Below are positions 1 to 11,278 of a stretch of 64,000 nucleotides of DNA, piece by piece; the first letter of the stretch is position 1; every line of letters starts with the position of its first letter. Under the pieces are notes generated by a model. That model did no database searches, was not told where the DNA came from, and saw only the letters and a program-made list of their open reading frames with translations. The stretch covers positions 256,001 through 320,000 of the forward strand of contig OZ241322.1 in NCBI GenBank assembly GCA_965199715.1, in the 5' to 3' direction. This stretch comes from Vicinamibacteria bacterium (lineage in GTDB: Bacteria; Acidobacteriota; Vicinamibacteria; Marinacidobacterales; Marinacidobacteraceae). The position numbers and the translations under genes are program-made.

Positions 1-151
1 CGCGCTGGCCGCGCTCGGCCAGACCGCGCTCGACGAGTCGGTGGTGGATCGAACGCTCGGCGCGCTCCTGAAGTACCGGGACGACATCGAGACGGTGCGG
101 GGCGAGCGCAGCGGCGCGATCCTGTGCCGGATCGCGGCGGAGGTCTCCTGA
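1..151 (+). CDS. C-terminal fragment of MoxR/CoxD-like AAA+ ATPase (partial at window edge)
   Basis: Frame from nt 2 reads ALAALGQTALDESVVDRTLGALLKYRDDIE...EVS*. TLGALLKYxDD is typical of CoxD-type C-termini, and it lies directly upstream of a CoxE-like VWA gene. Confidence 0.75.
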   Translation, partial: ALAALGQTALDESVVDRTLGALLKYRDDIETVRGERSGAILCRIAAEVS

Positions 152-1311
152 GCGCCGAGCTTCCGCCGCTGCTGCGGAACCTCACGCTGTTCGGGCGCCT
201 CTTGCGGGGCCTCGGCCTCCCGGCGCCCACGTCCCGGATGCTGGATCTCGCCGACGCGCTGACGCTTCTGGACGTGTTCCGGCGCGAGGAATTCCACGCC
301 GCGGCGCGCTCGCTGCTGGTGCATCGGAAGGAGGACCTCGCGCTCTTCGACGCGGCGTTCGCGCTCTTCTGGGAGACCCCGCCGGAGCGCTGGAGCCGGG
401 CGCGGCTTCCGGGGACGACCCTGCGCCGCAAGGTGAAGCGGAGCCCGGCGGCGACCTTCCGCCCGATCCAGCCGGGTTCCGAGGATCCCGGGACCGAGGG
501 TCAGGAGCGCCCGCTGGCGCGGCGGACGTGGAGCGACCGGGAGGCGCTCCAGCGGCGGAACTTCGCCGATCTCGGGGAGGACGAGCTCGCCGAGGTCAAG
601 GCGCTCATCCGGGACGCGGCGTGGTTCGCTCCCGAGCGCCGGACCGTCCGCCACGGCCCGGGCGGGAACCGGAACTTCGACCTGCGGCGGACGCTGCGGG
701 CGAGCCTGCGCACCGGCGGCGAATGCGTCCGGCTGGAGCGGCGCCGGCGGCGGCGGAAGCCCCGTCCGATCATCGTCCTCGCCGACGTGAGCGGCTCGAT
801 GGAGACCTCGGCGCGCATCCTGCTCCACTTCCTCTACGGGCTGTCCCGGGGGTCGCCCGGCAAGGTCGAGGCGTTCGTCTTCGCGACCCGCCTCACCCGG
901 CTGACGCGCAGCCTGCGCGACCGCCAGGTGGACCGGGCGCTGCGCCGCGCGTCGGAGGCGGTGCGCGACTGGTCGGGCGGCACCCGGATCGGGGAGGCGG
1001 TCCATCGGTTCAATCAGGACTGGGCGCGCCGGGTTCCGTGCTCGTCAGCGGTGGTGGCGATCGTGAGCGACGGGTGGGACCGGGGCGATCCGGACCTGCT
1101 GGCGCGGGAGATGCGCCGGCTGCGGGGACTCTCGTGGCGGCTGATCTGGCTGAATCCACTGCTCGGCGATTCCGGTTACGAGCCGCTGGCCCGGGGGATG
1201 CGCGCGGCGCTGCCGCACGTGGACGATTTCATGCCGATCCATGACCTTGCGAGCGTGCATGCGCTCGGGGAACACTTCCGGGCGCTGGGACGCCCTAAAT
1301 TCCGGCCGTGA
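124..1311 (+). CDS. CoxE-like VWA domain protein
   Basis: MIDAS-like DVSGSM, WSGGTRIG, SDGWDRGD and WLNPL motifs. Alternative start is CTG at 148, overlapping the upstream TGA. Confidence 0.88.
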   Translation: MPDRGGGLLSAELPPLLRNLTLFGRLLRGLGLPAPTSRMLDLADALTLLDVFRREEFHAAARSLLVHRKEDLALFDAAFALFWETPPERWSRARLPGTTLRRKVKRSPAATFRPIQPGSEDPGTEGQERPLARRTWSDREALQRRNFADLGEDELAEVKALIRDAAWFAPERRTVRHGPGGNRNFDLRRTLRASLRTGGECVRLERRRRRRKPRPIIVLADVSGSMETSARILLHFLYGLSRGSPGKVEAFVFATRLTRLTRSLRDRQVDRALRRASEAVRDWSGGTRIGEAVHRFNQDWARRVPCSSAVVAIVSDGWDRGDPDLLAREMRRLRGLSWRLIWLNPLLGDSGYEPLARGMRAALPHVDDFMPIHDLASVHALGEHFRALGRPKFRP

Positions 1312-2284
1312 GGGACGTCGCTCCGGTCCTGCGGGACTGGCTGGAAACGCGTGGGCCGCTCGCGCTCGCGACCGTGGTCGGGACGTGGGGGTCGTCCCCG
1401 AGGCGGCCCGGCGCCCGCATGGTCGTGGACGCGGCGGGGCGCATCACCGGATCGGTCAGCGGCGGCTGCGTCGAGGCGAGCGTCGTGGAGATCGCGCGCG
1501 AAGTCATGGCGAGCGGCGTCCCGAAGCTCGTCGGCTTCCGGGTGACGGACGAGTCGGCGTGGGAGGTCGGCCTCGCCTGCGGCGGGGCGCTCGAGGTGCT
1601 GGTCGCGGTTCCCGATCCCGAGCAGGTCGAGGCGGCGCTTCGGGCGCTCGAAGTGCGGTCGCCGGTCGCGTGGGCGGTCGATCTCGGCGGGAGCGGGGCG
1701 GCGGTGCGGACCGCCGACGGGACCGTGGTCGGCGATCCGGGGCTCGGCTCCGCCGCCGGGCCGGTCCTCGCCGCGGGGCGGCCCGAGCGGCTCGAGGGCG
1801 TCTTCTGCGACGTGATCCTCCCCGAGGAGACGCTCGTGATGGTCGGCGGGGTCCACATCGCGCAGACGCTCTCGATCCTCGCGCCCGCCGTCGGCATTCG
1901 CCCGGTGGTCTGCGATCCGCGTCCGGTCTTCGCGTCGAGCGAGCGGTTCCCCGGAGTCGAGATCGTGAGCGACTGGCCGCGAGAGGGCCTCGCGCGCATC
2001 GGGCTCGACGAGGGCGCCGCCGTCGCCACCCTGACCCACGACCCCAAGCTGGACGACCCGGCGCTGCTGGCCGCGTTGCCGAGCGCGGCGTTCTACGTGG
2101 GAGCGCTCGGCAGCCGGCGGACGCACGCCCGGCGCGTCGCCCGCCTTCGCGAGAAGGGCCTCGCCGAGGAATCGCTCGGGCGCCTGCGCGCCCCCATCGG
2201 TCTTCCCATCGGCGCGCGGACGCCCGAGCAGATCGCGCTCGCCGTGCTCGCCGAGGTGGTGGCGGCGCGCAACGAAGCCGGGAC

Positions 2285-2288
<4 letters not shown>
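1308..2288 (+). CDS. XdhC/CoxI family molybdo-hydroxylase accessory protein
   Basis: WGSSPRRPGA, GSVSGGCVE, GLACGG, THDPKLDD, YVGALGSRRT and RAPIGLPIGARTPEQIAL motifs. GTGA overlap with the upstream gene. Confidence 0.92.
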
Positions 2289-2967
<679 letters not shown>

Positions 2968-2971
<4 letters not shown>

Positions 2972-5355
2972 TCCGGGCGCTGCTCCTGCGGACGCCGGCC
3001 CGCTTCCGGGTGGCCCCGGCGCTGTCGCTGCTGTCCGTCGTCGCGATCGCGCTCGGGGTCGGGGCCGTGCTCGCCGTCGATCTCCTGAACCGGGCGGCCA
3101 TTCAGACGCTCGACGCCAGCCTCGAGGCGGTGTCGGGAACGACCGATCTCGTGGTGCGCAGCGTCCGGGAGCCGCCGGCGCGCCTGCCCGACGAGGCGTG
3201 GCCACTCGCGCTTGGCGTTCCCGGCTTGCGGCGGGTCTCGCCGGTGGTGCGGATTCCGGGAGCGTCGGTGGACGGCGCGCCCCTGACGGTGCTGGGCGTG
3301 GACGCGTTATCCGGTTCGTTCGGGAGCCTGGCCGGCGGCGTCGCGGAGGAAGCGGAGTTCCGCGCCGGCGGGAGCACGCTCCGGCTGCCGCTCCTCGGGA
3401 CCGACGGGGGCGCCGCGTTCGTGGATCTGGCGGACGCGCAGGAGCTGCGCGGCGAGCCGGGGATCGACCGGCTGGAGGTGGAGCTTCCGGCGGGGGCCGA
3501 TCCCGACGAGCTCGCCCGTCGGATCGAGGCCGCGGTCCCCGGGTCCGAAGCCGCGACCGGCGGGACGCTCCGGCGGCAGGGGGCCGACCTGTTCGCCGCG
3601 TTCCGGATGAACCTGAGGGCGCTCGCCGCGGTCAGCCTGCTCGTGGCGGCGTTCCTCATCTACGCGAGCGCCCGGGCCGGGCTTCAGGCGCGGCGGCGGG
3701 AGCTCGGCCTCTACCGGGCGCTCGGGGCGCCGGCGACCGGCGTGGGCGGCCTGCTGATCGGGGAGGCGGCGGTGACCGCGGCGCTGGGGGCGTTGATCGG
3801 GATTCCGCTCGCGGCGCTCGGCGCGTTCGCCGCGCTCGACGGGGTCAGCCGCACGCTCACGAACTTCTATCTGCTGGAGCGGGTCGAGTCCGTCGCCTTG
3901 CGCCCCGAGGGCGTCCTGGTGGCGTTCGCGGCGGGGCTCGCGGCGGCGCTCGTCGGAGCGCTCCCGGAAATCTGGATCGAGGCCCGGCGGCCGCCGGCGC
4001 GCCTCCTGCTCCCCGGGCGCGAGACCGCGAGCGGCCGGAGGCGCTCGTGGTCCGGGTTCGCCGGACTCGCGCTCGCCTTGTTCGCGGTCCACGCCGCGGT
4101 CGATCCCGACGGATTCGCGGCCCGGCCGGGCGGCGGATTCGTCGCCGCCGGGGCGCTTCTCGCCGGAGCGGCGATGCTGACCGGGGCGGCGCTGCGCCTC
4201 GGCGGGCGGATCTCGGCCGACCGCCGCAACCCGCTGGTTCGGGGCATGGCGGCGGCGCTGCGCGAGCCGTCGAGCTCCGCGCCGCCGGCGGCCGCGCTCG
4301 TGGTCGCGGTCGCGATGCTCACCGGCGTGACCGCCCTGGTCGCGAGCTTCCGGGACACGCTGGACGCCTGGCTGCTCCAGACGCTGACCGCCGACCTCTA
4401 CGTGTCGGCGTCCGGGGACGCCCGCGGCGCGAGGCGGGAACTGCCGCCCGAGGCGTTGGCGGCGGTCGAAGGCGAGGACTTCCGGGCGGTGGACGTCCTG
4501 CGGGCGCTGCGGGTGCGCGTCCGGGGAACCCCCGTGAACGTGTTCGGAGTCACCGCCGCGCTCTCGGGCGACCGGTTCGCGATCGTGGGCGACCGGGAGG
4601 CGGCGCTGCGCGGCTTCCGGGAAGGCGGGATCCTGGTCTCCGAGCCGCTCGCGCTTCGCGAGGGCCTCGGCCCCGGGGACCGCTTCGCGCTTCCCGGCGA
4701 GGAGGCGCTCGAAGTCGCCGGGGTCCATCGGGAGTACGGCAACGAGTTCGGGGCGCTGTTCATGGACCGGAAGCGGCTGGCCGAGCTCTATCCCGACGGA
4801 GCCGAGGCGGCGCACGGGGTCGCGCTCTACTTGCGGGACGGCGCCGATTCCCGCGAGGCGGCGGTGCGGCTGGAACGCCGGTTCGAGGGCCGCGCCGTCG
4901 TCGTGGAGAACGGCGCGCTGCGGACGCGGGCGCTCGAGGTGTTCGACCAGACGATGTCGGTGACCGGGCTGCTTCGGGCGATCGCGCTGTTCATCGCCGC
5001 GGTCGGGCTCGGTCTTTCGCTCTTCGCCGTGGCGCGGGAGCGGGCGCCGCAGATCGCGCTCGAGCGGGCGCTCGGGGCGACCCGGCGGCAGGTCGCGCTC
5101 GCCATGGTCGGGCGGGGAGTCCTGATCTCGCTGGTCGGGCTCGCGCTCGGCGGCGGGGCGGGGGCGCTGCTCACGCTGCTGCTGGTCGAGGTCGTGAATC
5201 CGGCGTGGTTCGGCTGGCGGCTCAGCCTGCACTGGCCGGTCGGACTATTGGTTCTCCAGGCGGCGCTCGTGCTCGGGACCGGACTTCTCGCCGCGGCGAT
5301 TCCGGGCCGGGCCGCCGCGCGAACCGGGGCGGTCGCGCTGCGAAGCGAGCTGTGA
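2968..5355 (+). CDS. FtsX/MacB-like ABC permease with two repeats (AttF/G-like)
   Basis: Two FtsX-type TM clusters (RRRELGLYRALGA; ERAPQIALERALGAT) and C-terminal VNPAWFGW. GTGA overlap. Confidence 0.88.
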
Positions 5356-7208
5356 GCGCGCTGCTGCTCGCGCTGGCGCTCTCGTGGACGCCGGCGTCCC
5401 GCGACTTCATCTGGGAATTTCCCCGGGACCATGGGCCGCACGACGGCTACCGCACCGAGTGGTGGTACTTCGTCGGCTTCCTCGAGGACGACCTCGCGTT
5501 TCAGTTCACCCTGTTCCGCAGCGGCCTCACCCTCGCGCCGGCGGACGCGGAGGTCTCGCCGTGGGAGGCGCGGCACGCGCTCATGGGGCACGCGGTTCTC
5601 GCGAACCTGCGGACGGGCGAGCGGGCGTTCTCGCAGACCGCCCACCGGGAGGCGCCCGGCCTCGGCCGCGCCGGCGACCCGCCCGAAATCCTCTGGATGC
5701 GCGGTCCGCCGGGAACCGGGGAGGCCTGGCGGCTCGCCTTCGAGGACGGCGCGTTCCGGGTCCGGGCGGCGGACGCGAGCCGGGGGCTGCGCTTCGATCT
5801 GGAGGTCCGTCCCACGCTCCCGCCGGTCTTCTGGGGCGACGGGGGCTATTCGGAAAAATCCGAGGGCGGCGGGGCGAGCCAGTACTACAGCTTCACCCGC
5901 ATGGAAGTCGAGGGAACCGCCGGATCCCGGCCGGTGCGGGGGACCGCCTGGATGGATCGGGAGTTCGGCTCCGACTGGCTCGCGCCCGACCAGGTCGGCT
6001 GGGACTGGTTCGCGCTGAATCTCGACGACGGGCGCGACCTGATGCTCTACGACATGCGCGGGGAGGGCGGGGCGGTCGTCCATTCCGTGGGCACGCTGCG
6101 GCTCCCCGACGGAACCAAGCGGATCGTGGACATCGACGCGCGGCCGACGCGGTTCTTCGTCCCCGACGACGGGGCCGTGCGGTATCCGGTCGGTTGGCGG
6201 CTCGTCGGCGGGGGGCTGGACCTCGCGATTCAGCCGGTCCTCCTCGAGCAGGAGAACCGCAAGGAGCGGGGCGCGCCGGGGCCGGACATTCCGTACTGGG
6301 AAGGGGCCGTGCGAGTGGAGATCGACGGTCGGAACGCGGGGCGCGGGTTCGTGGAACTGGCCGGATATCGGACTCCGATGAACCTGCTACTCTCAGCCGG
6401 CCGGCCCGAACCGGCGGAAATCGAGGAGAACGGCAAGATGATGGAACCGCTGCAGTTCCTCTTCCGGTGGCTTCACGTCTTCGTGGGGATCATCTGGATC
6501 GGACACCTGTACTTCTTCAACTTCGTGAACGGCCCGATGACGGCGCAGCTTGACGCCGCCACCAAGCGCAAGGTCGTTCCCGAGCTGATGCCGCGGGCGC
6601 TCTACTGGTTCCGCTGGGGCGCCGCGTGGACGTGGATCACCGGCGTGCTTCTGCTCCTCCTCCTCTTCTACCACGGCGGCCTGACCGATCTCGGCGGCAT
6701 GGGCGCGCTCGCCATGGTGGCGGTCACGTTCCTCGCGGTGTTCGTCTATGACGCGCTGTGGAGCAGCGGCCTCAAGTCGAACGTCCGCGCCGCGACGATC
6801 GTGTCGTTCCTGCTGCTTTCGGCGACCGTCTGGGCGTTCGTGAACGTCGGCGGCTTCGACCCCCGCTCGGTGCTCATCCACACCGGAGCCATGTTCGGCA
6901 CGATGATGGCCTTCAACGTCTGGTTCCGGATCTGGCCGGCCCAGAAGCGGATCATCGCCGCGGTGAAGGGCGGCGAGGCTCCGGCCGCCGCCGACCCGGC
7001 GCTCGCGGGCCTGCGGTCGAAGCACAACACCTACATGTCGCTTCCGCTGCTCTGGGCGATGGCCAACGAGCACGCGACCCCGTTCTTCGGCGGCAACCTC
7101 GGCATCCCGTCCGACCTTTACTGGGTGGCTTGGCTCGCGATCGTGGCGATCGCGTGGCACGTCATCTTCCAGTGCTATCGGATCGCGGGCCGCGTGAAGG
7201 GAATGTAG
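5352..7208 (+). CDS. AttH/CrtC-like lipocalin-fold protein (about 5352-6380) in one frame with a PuuD/DUF989-like membrane domain
   Basis: Signal peptide, then FPRDHGPH, EWWYF, SQYYS, AWMDREF, GWDWF, YWEG and GFVELAGY. No stop before MMEPLQFLFRWLH. Confidence 0.8.
   Translation: MSALLLALALSWTPASRDFIWEFPRDHGPHDGYRTEWWYFVGFLEDDLAFQFTLFRSGLTLAPADAEVSPWEARHALMGHAVLANLRTGERAFSQTAHREAPGLGRAGDPPEILWMRGPPGTGEAWRLAFEDGAFRVRAADASRGLRFDLEVRPTLPPVFWGDGGYSEKSEGGGASQYYSFTRMEVEGTAGSRPVRGTAWMDREFGSDWLAPDQVGWDWFALNLDDGRDLMLYDMRGEGGAVVHSVGTLRLPDGTKRIVDIDARPTRFFVPDDGAVRYPVGWRLVGGGLDLAIQPVLLEQENRKERGAPGPDIPYWEGAVRVEIDGRNAGRGFVELAGYRTPMNLLLSAGRPEPAEIEENGKMMEPLQFLFRWLHVFVGIIWIGHLYFFNFVNGPMTAQLDAATKRKVVPELMPRALYWFRWGAAWTWITGVLLLLLLFYHGGLTDLGGMGALAMVAVTFLAVFVYDALWSSGLKSNVRAATIVSFLLLSATVWAFVNVGGFDPRSVLIHTGAMFGTMMAFNVWFRIWPAQKRIIAAVKGGEAPAAADPALAGLRSKHNTYMSLPLLWAMANEHATPFFGGNLGIPSDLYWVAWLAIVAIAWHVIFQCYRIAGRVKGM
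6385..6428 (+). promoter_or_regulatory. Putative internal extended -10 (TGCTACTCT) and RBS (GAGGAG) for the PuuD-like part
   Basis: TGnTAnnnT at 6385-6393 and GAGGAG 9 nt before ATG. Confidence 0.5.
6438..7208 (+). CDS. Urate oxidase N-terminal (PuuD/DUF989-like) integral membrane protein without a cytochrome c domain; probably also translated on its own
   Basis: RWLHVFVGIIWIGHLYFFNFV, RALYWFRWGA, GTMMAFNVWFRIWPAQK and RSKHNTYMSLP. GAGGAG at 6423-6428 precedes ATG 6438. Confidence 0.75.
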   Translation: MMEPLQFLFRWLHVFVGIIWIGHLYFFNFVNGPMTAQLDAATKRKVVPELMPRALYWFRWGAAWTWITGVLLLLLLFYHGGLTDLGGMGALAMVAVTFLAVFVYDALWSSGLKSNVRAATIVSFLLLSATVWAFVNVGGFDPRSVLIHTGAMFGTMMAFNVWFRIWPAQKRIIAAVKGGEAPAAADPALAGLRSKHNTYMSLPLLWAMANEHATPFFGGNLGIPSDLYWVAWLAIVAIAWHVIFQCYRIAGRVKGM

Positions 7209-8637
7209 GCAGCGAGCCTCCCACGGCGATCGCCGCGTTCAGGAGTGCGCCGAGCAACCCGGCGTGCACTCCGCCCACCTTGTCGTAGCCGGCGAGCGTG
7301 AGGCCGGCCGCGAGCGCGGTTCCGGCGACGATCCCGACGAGGACCGCCCGTGGCGACGTCCGCGACCACGCGAGCCCGAGGACGAAGGCGGGGGCCGCCT
7401 GCACCAGCAACTCCATCTTGAGCTCCAGCAGGCCCCAGAGGCTGATGCGCGGCGTGAGCGCGACCGCGACGAGCGCCCCCATGACGAGGAGCGAGAAGAG
7501 CTTCCCGACCCGGGTCAGGCTCTCCTCGCCGATCTTCCGCCCCGACCGCCGCAGCGCCGGCCCGGCCACGTCCTTCGCGAGCATGGACGACAGCGTCAGC
7601 AGCACCGAGTCGGCGGTGGACATGATCGCCGCAACGACCCCGACGACCGTCAGGATGCTCATGACGAACATCGCTGGCGACCCGGCGGACCAGTCGCGCA
7701 GCAGCGCCGGGAGCACCTGATCGGCGGCGACTCCCGAGAGCCCGGAAAGGCGGGGCAGCGCGAGGATTCCGACGAGGAAGACGGGGAGCGTGGTGAGGAA
7801 CGGCAGGAAGGCGAGGACCGCGATCGCGTGGCGCAGGGACCGGGTGCTGCGGGCGGCGAAGATGCGCTGGATGGCCTGCGGGTACACCGCACCGGAGAAG
7901 CCGATCAGGAGCACGGTGCTGGCCCACGTCGTCAGGGTCGCGGCGTCGGGCGCGAGCGCCTTCTCCGGCTGGTTCGCGAGGATCCAGCGGGTGGTGTCGC
8001 CGAGCGTCTCGCCGGAAAACGCCGCCGCCGCGAGGAGCCCGAAGAGGCCGATCGCGAGCAACCCGCCCTGGAGGCAGTCGGTCCACGCGACGGCGCGCAG
8101 GCCGCCGAGCAGCTCGTAGCCGAGGATCGCGCCGGCGAGGACGAGCACGCCCGCCGCGAAGGGGATCGCTCCGCCCGACAGCCCGTTCACGACGTGGCCC
8201 ATCGCCAGGAGCTGGGCCAACAGGTAGTTCAGGATGGCCGCCGCCATGAGCAGGTTGGCGATTCCGGTCAGCGCCGGCGAGTCGTAGCGGTAGTCCAGCC
8301 AGTCCGCCGGGGTGACGAAGCCGCGCGCCTCGGAGGCGGCCCGAAGCCGCGGCGCGATGACCAGATAGACCACCACGATCGCCATCATGAACCCGACGCT
8401 CATCACCCACGGGAAGCCGATGCGGTAGGCCTCGCCCGGGTATCCCACGAGCGTGTTGCCGCTGTACTGGGTGGCGTAGAGCGTGAACAGCAGCACGACC
8501 GGGCCGAGGTTGCGCCCGGCGAGGTAGAAGTCCCCGAGCGACTCCGCGCGCCGGGCGCGTCGGGCGCGGATCCCGAGTCCGGCGAGGACGCAGACGTAGG
8601 CGGCGAGCGCGGCGACGACCGCCGACGCGAAGCTCAC
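7162..8637 (-). CDS. Sodium:solute symporter (SSS; PanF/PutP-like)
   Basis: DFYLAGRNLG, YATQYSGNT, GGLRAVAWTD and AAIMSTADS. GTG start at 8637 overlaps the upstream stop. Confidence 0.9.
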   Translation of the reverse strand: MSFASAVVAALAAYVCVLAGLGIRARRARRAESLGDFYLAGRNLGPVVLLFTLYATQYSGNTLVGYPGEAYRIGFPWVMSVGFMMAIVVVYLVIAPRLRAASEARGFVTPADWLDYRYDSPALTGIANLLMAAAILNYLLAQLLAMGHVVNGLSGGAIPFAAGVLVLAGAILGYELLGGLRAVAWTDCLQGGLLAIGLFGLLAAAAFSGETLGDTTRWILANQPEKALAPDAATLTTWASTVLLIGFSGAVYPQAIQRIFAARSTRSLRHAIAVLAFLPFLTTLPVFLVGILALPRLSGLSGVAADQVLPALLRDWSAGSPAMFVMSILTVVGVVAAIMSTADSVLLTLSSMLAKDVAGPALRRSGRKIGEESLTRVGKLFSLLVMGALVAVALTPRISLWGLLELKMELLVQAAPAFVLGLAWSRTSPRAVLVGIVAGTALAAGLTLAGYDKVGGVHAGLLGALLNAAIAVGGSLPTFPSRGPRSDSTGR

Positions 8638-8843
8638 CGGTCCTTCCAGTGGCGCGTCGCCGAGAAGGCGACGAGCCCGGCCGCCGCGAGCGTGCAGGCG
8701 AGCGAGACGAGCGCCCACGAGGGCGTCCCGAGCCAGATCGAGGGAACGCCCCCGGGCGCCCACCAGGGGATCGAGGCGGCGTAGAGCGCGACGATGAGCA
8801 CGAGCGCCCACGGGCGGTCGAGCGGTTCCCGCGGACGGGCCAT
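8634..8843 (-). CDS. Small two-TM SSS-associated membrane protein (DUF997/DUF3311-like)
   Basis: 69 aa MARPREPLDRPWALVLIVALY...WLGTPSW, coupled to the SSS gene by a 4-nt overlap. Confidence 0.7.
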   Translation of the reverse strand: MARPREPLDRPWALVLIVALYAASIPWWAPGGVPSIWLGTPSWALVSLACTLAAAGLVAFSATRHWKDR

Positions 8844-8883
8844 GGCCCTGACTCTACGCGGTCTGTGGGACGATGGGCGGACC

Positions 8884-10095
8884 ATGACGCTTCGCCTCCT
8901 CCTCGCGTTTCTCCTTCCGGCCGCGCCGGCGTCGGCGCAAGAGGCCGAACTCGCCATCGTCGGCGGATCCGTGCTCGACGTGGTCTCGGGCGAAATGCGG
9001 GAAGCGAACGTTCTCGTGGGCGGCGGGCGCATCCTCGCGATCGGGTCCGACCCGGCTCCGGCGGGGGCCGAGGTCGTGGACGCCTCGGGCAAGTTCGTCA
9101 TGCCCGGCTTCCTCGACGCCCACACCCACGCCGACACGCTCTCCCAGGTCCGCCGCGCGCTCGAAAGCGGGGTGACGACGATGCGCAGCGCGAGCGTGGG
9201 GTCCTATCGGGACGTGGCCATCGGCCGGATGGTGCAAGCGGGCCACCTCCCCGGGCCCGACTACCTCGGGGCCGGGGTCTTCGTGACCCCGCAGATCGGC
9301 GAGTCGCGGCTCGCGTCGGAGAGCCTCTACGGAATCTCGGGGGACATCCAGTCCGAGGAGGAGCTGCGTCTCCTCGTCCGGGTGAACGCCGAGAACGGCG
9401 TCCGGGCGATCAAGGTCCGGGCGACCGAACGCGCCGGGCTCCCCGACACCGATCCGAGGAAGCAGACCTACACCGAGGCCCAGTTGCGGGCGGTGGTCGA
9501 GGAGGCGGCCCGGCTCGGGGTCCCGGTGCTCTGCCACGCGCACGGCGACGAGGGCGCCCGCGCCGCGGTGCGGGCCGGGGTCGCGAGCATCGAGCACGGG
9601 ACGTTCCTGACCCGGGAGACGCTGGATCTCATGGCCGAGCGGGGGACGGCGCTGGTCCCGACGTACACGACGCTCATCGACCTCGCCGAACCGGGCGGCG
9701 ACTACGACCACCCGGTGCTGGCGATCCGCGCCGACTTCATGGTGCCGCGGATGGAGCGGGTGATCCGGACGGCGCACGCGGCCGGCGTGCGGGTGATCGC
9801 GGGCAGCGACACCCACTACGACCCGGAGAGCGTGAGCCGGATCGGCGCCGAGGTCGCCGCGTTCGCGAGGCTCGGGATTCCGCCGGCCGAAGCGATCCGG
9901 GGCGCGACGATCCACACGGCGGAACTGCTCGGGATCGCCGACGACACTGGATCGCTGGAGGTCGGCAAGGAGGCGGACATCATCCTGCTGGCCGAGAACC
10001 CGCTCGAGGACATGTCCGCGATCCAGGACGTGATCGCGGTCGTGAGCAACGGGGCGCTCGCCGTGAACCGCCTCCCGTTCGTCCGGTCCGAGTGA
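8884..10095 (+). CDS. Secreted metal-dependent amidohydrolase (Xaa-Pro dipeptidase-like)
   Basis: Signal peptide ending ASA-Q; [27 protein letters not shown] and [10 protein letters not shown]. Confidence 0.88.
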   Translation: MTLRLLLAFLLPAAPASAQEAELAIVGGSVLDVVSGEMREANVLVGGGRILAIGSDPAPAGAEVVDASGKFVMPGFLDAHTHADTLSQVRRALESGVTTMRSASVGSYRDVAIGRMVQAGHLPGPDYLGAGVFVTPQIGESRLASESLYGISGDIQSEEELRLLVRVNAENGVRAIKVRATERAGLPDTDPRKQTYTEAQLRAVVEEAARLGVPVLCHAHGDEGARAAVRAGVASIEHGTFLTRETLDLMAERGTALVPTYTTLIDLAEPGGDYDHPVLAIRADFMVPRMERVIRTAHAAGVRVIAGSDTHYDPESVSRIGAEVAAFARLGIPPAEAIRGATIHTAELLGIADDTGSLEVGKEADIILLAENPLEDMSAIQDVIAVVSNGALAVNRLPFVRSE

Positions 10096-10114
10096 CGGCG
10101 TAGAATTCCGGGAG

Positions 10115-11278
10115 ATGCGCGGAGACCCGGTTCCCGGAGACACCGAGACCCAGAGCCAGATCCGGGAAGCCGTCCGGGAGTTCGCCGCGGCGGAGATCCT
10201 TCCGTACGCCGCGGACTGGGACGAGGCGGAGCGTTTCCCCGAGGAGGCCGTCCGGGCGCTCGGGCCGCTCGGCTTCCTCGGGCCCATCTTCCCGGAGGAG
10301 CTCGGCGGCGCCGGCTTCGGCTACCCCGAATACGCGGTCCTGATCGAGGAGCTGGGGCGCGCCGACGCCTCGCTCGCGATCACGGTCGCGGCGCACGTGT
10401 CGCTCGCCGCGAACCACATCTACGAGCAGGGAACCGACGAGCAGAAGGACCGGCACCTGCGTCGGCTCGCGTCCGGCGAGGCGCTCGGCGCGTGGAGCCT
10501 GACCGAGCCGGAGGCCGGCAGCGACGCGTCGGGAACCCGCACGACCGCGGTGCGCGACGGCCGCGACTGGGTCCTGAACGGCAGCAAGACGTTCACGACC
10601 AACGGGTCGGTGGCGGACGTGGCGATCTGCATGGCCTCCACCGATCCGGAAGCCGGGGCCGGCGGGATTTCGGCCTTTATCGTGGAGCGCGGGATGCCCG
10701 GGTTCCGGGCGGGGCGCAAGGAGCGCAAGCTGGGGCATCGCGCGTCGGACACCTCGGAGATGGTCTTCGAGGACTGCCGGGTGCCCGCGGGGAACCTGCT
10801 CGGGGCCGAGGGCGACGGATTCCGCGCCGCGATGAAGGTGCTCGACGGGGGCCGCATCAGCATCGCCGCGCTCTCGCTCGGGATCGCCGGCGCGGCGCTC
10901 GACGCTTCCGCCGCCTACGCGGGACAGCGCAAGCAGTTCGGGCGCCCGATCGCCGAGTTCCAGGGGGTCCGGTTTCCGATCGCGGACTCGCACGTCGAGA
11001 TCGAGGCCTCGCGCCAGTTGATCCAGCACGCGGCCCGGCTCAAGGACGCGGGGCGCGAGACGACGCTGGAGTCGGCGACGGCGAAGCTGTTCGCGAGCGA
11101 GGCCGCGGTGCGGGTGACGAACCGGGCGGTGCAGACGCTCGGCGGGTACGGGTACGTCCGCGACTACCCGGTGGAGCGCTTTCTCAGGGACGCGCGGCTC
11201 ATGCCGATCGGCGAGGGCACGTCCGAAATCCAGCGGCTCATCATCGCCCGGCGGCTTCTGGGCCGGCTCAGCGGCTGA
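10115..11278 (+). CDS. Acyl-CoA dehydrogenase (short/branched-chain type)
   Basis: [36 protein letters not shown] and [10 protein letters not shown]. Confidence 0.95.
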   Translation: MRGDPVPGDTETQSQIREAVREFAAAEILPYAADWDEAERFPEEAVRALGPLGFLGPIFPEELGGAGFGYPEYAVLIEELGRADASLAITVAAHVSLAANHIYEQGTDEQKDRHLRRLASGEALGAWSLTEPEAGSDASGTRTTAVRDGRDWVLNGSKTFTTNGSVADVAICMASTDPEAGAGGISAFIVERGMPGFRAGRKERKLGHRASDTSEMVFEDCRVPAGNLLGAEGDGFRAAMKVLDGGRISIAALSLGIAGAALDASAAYAGQRKQFGRPIAEFQGVRFPIADSHVEIEASRQLIQHAARLKDAGRETTLESATAKLFASEAAVRVTNRAVQTLGGYGYVRDYPVERFLRDARLMPIGEGTSEIQRLIIARRLLGRLSG

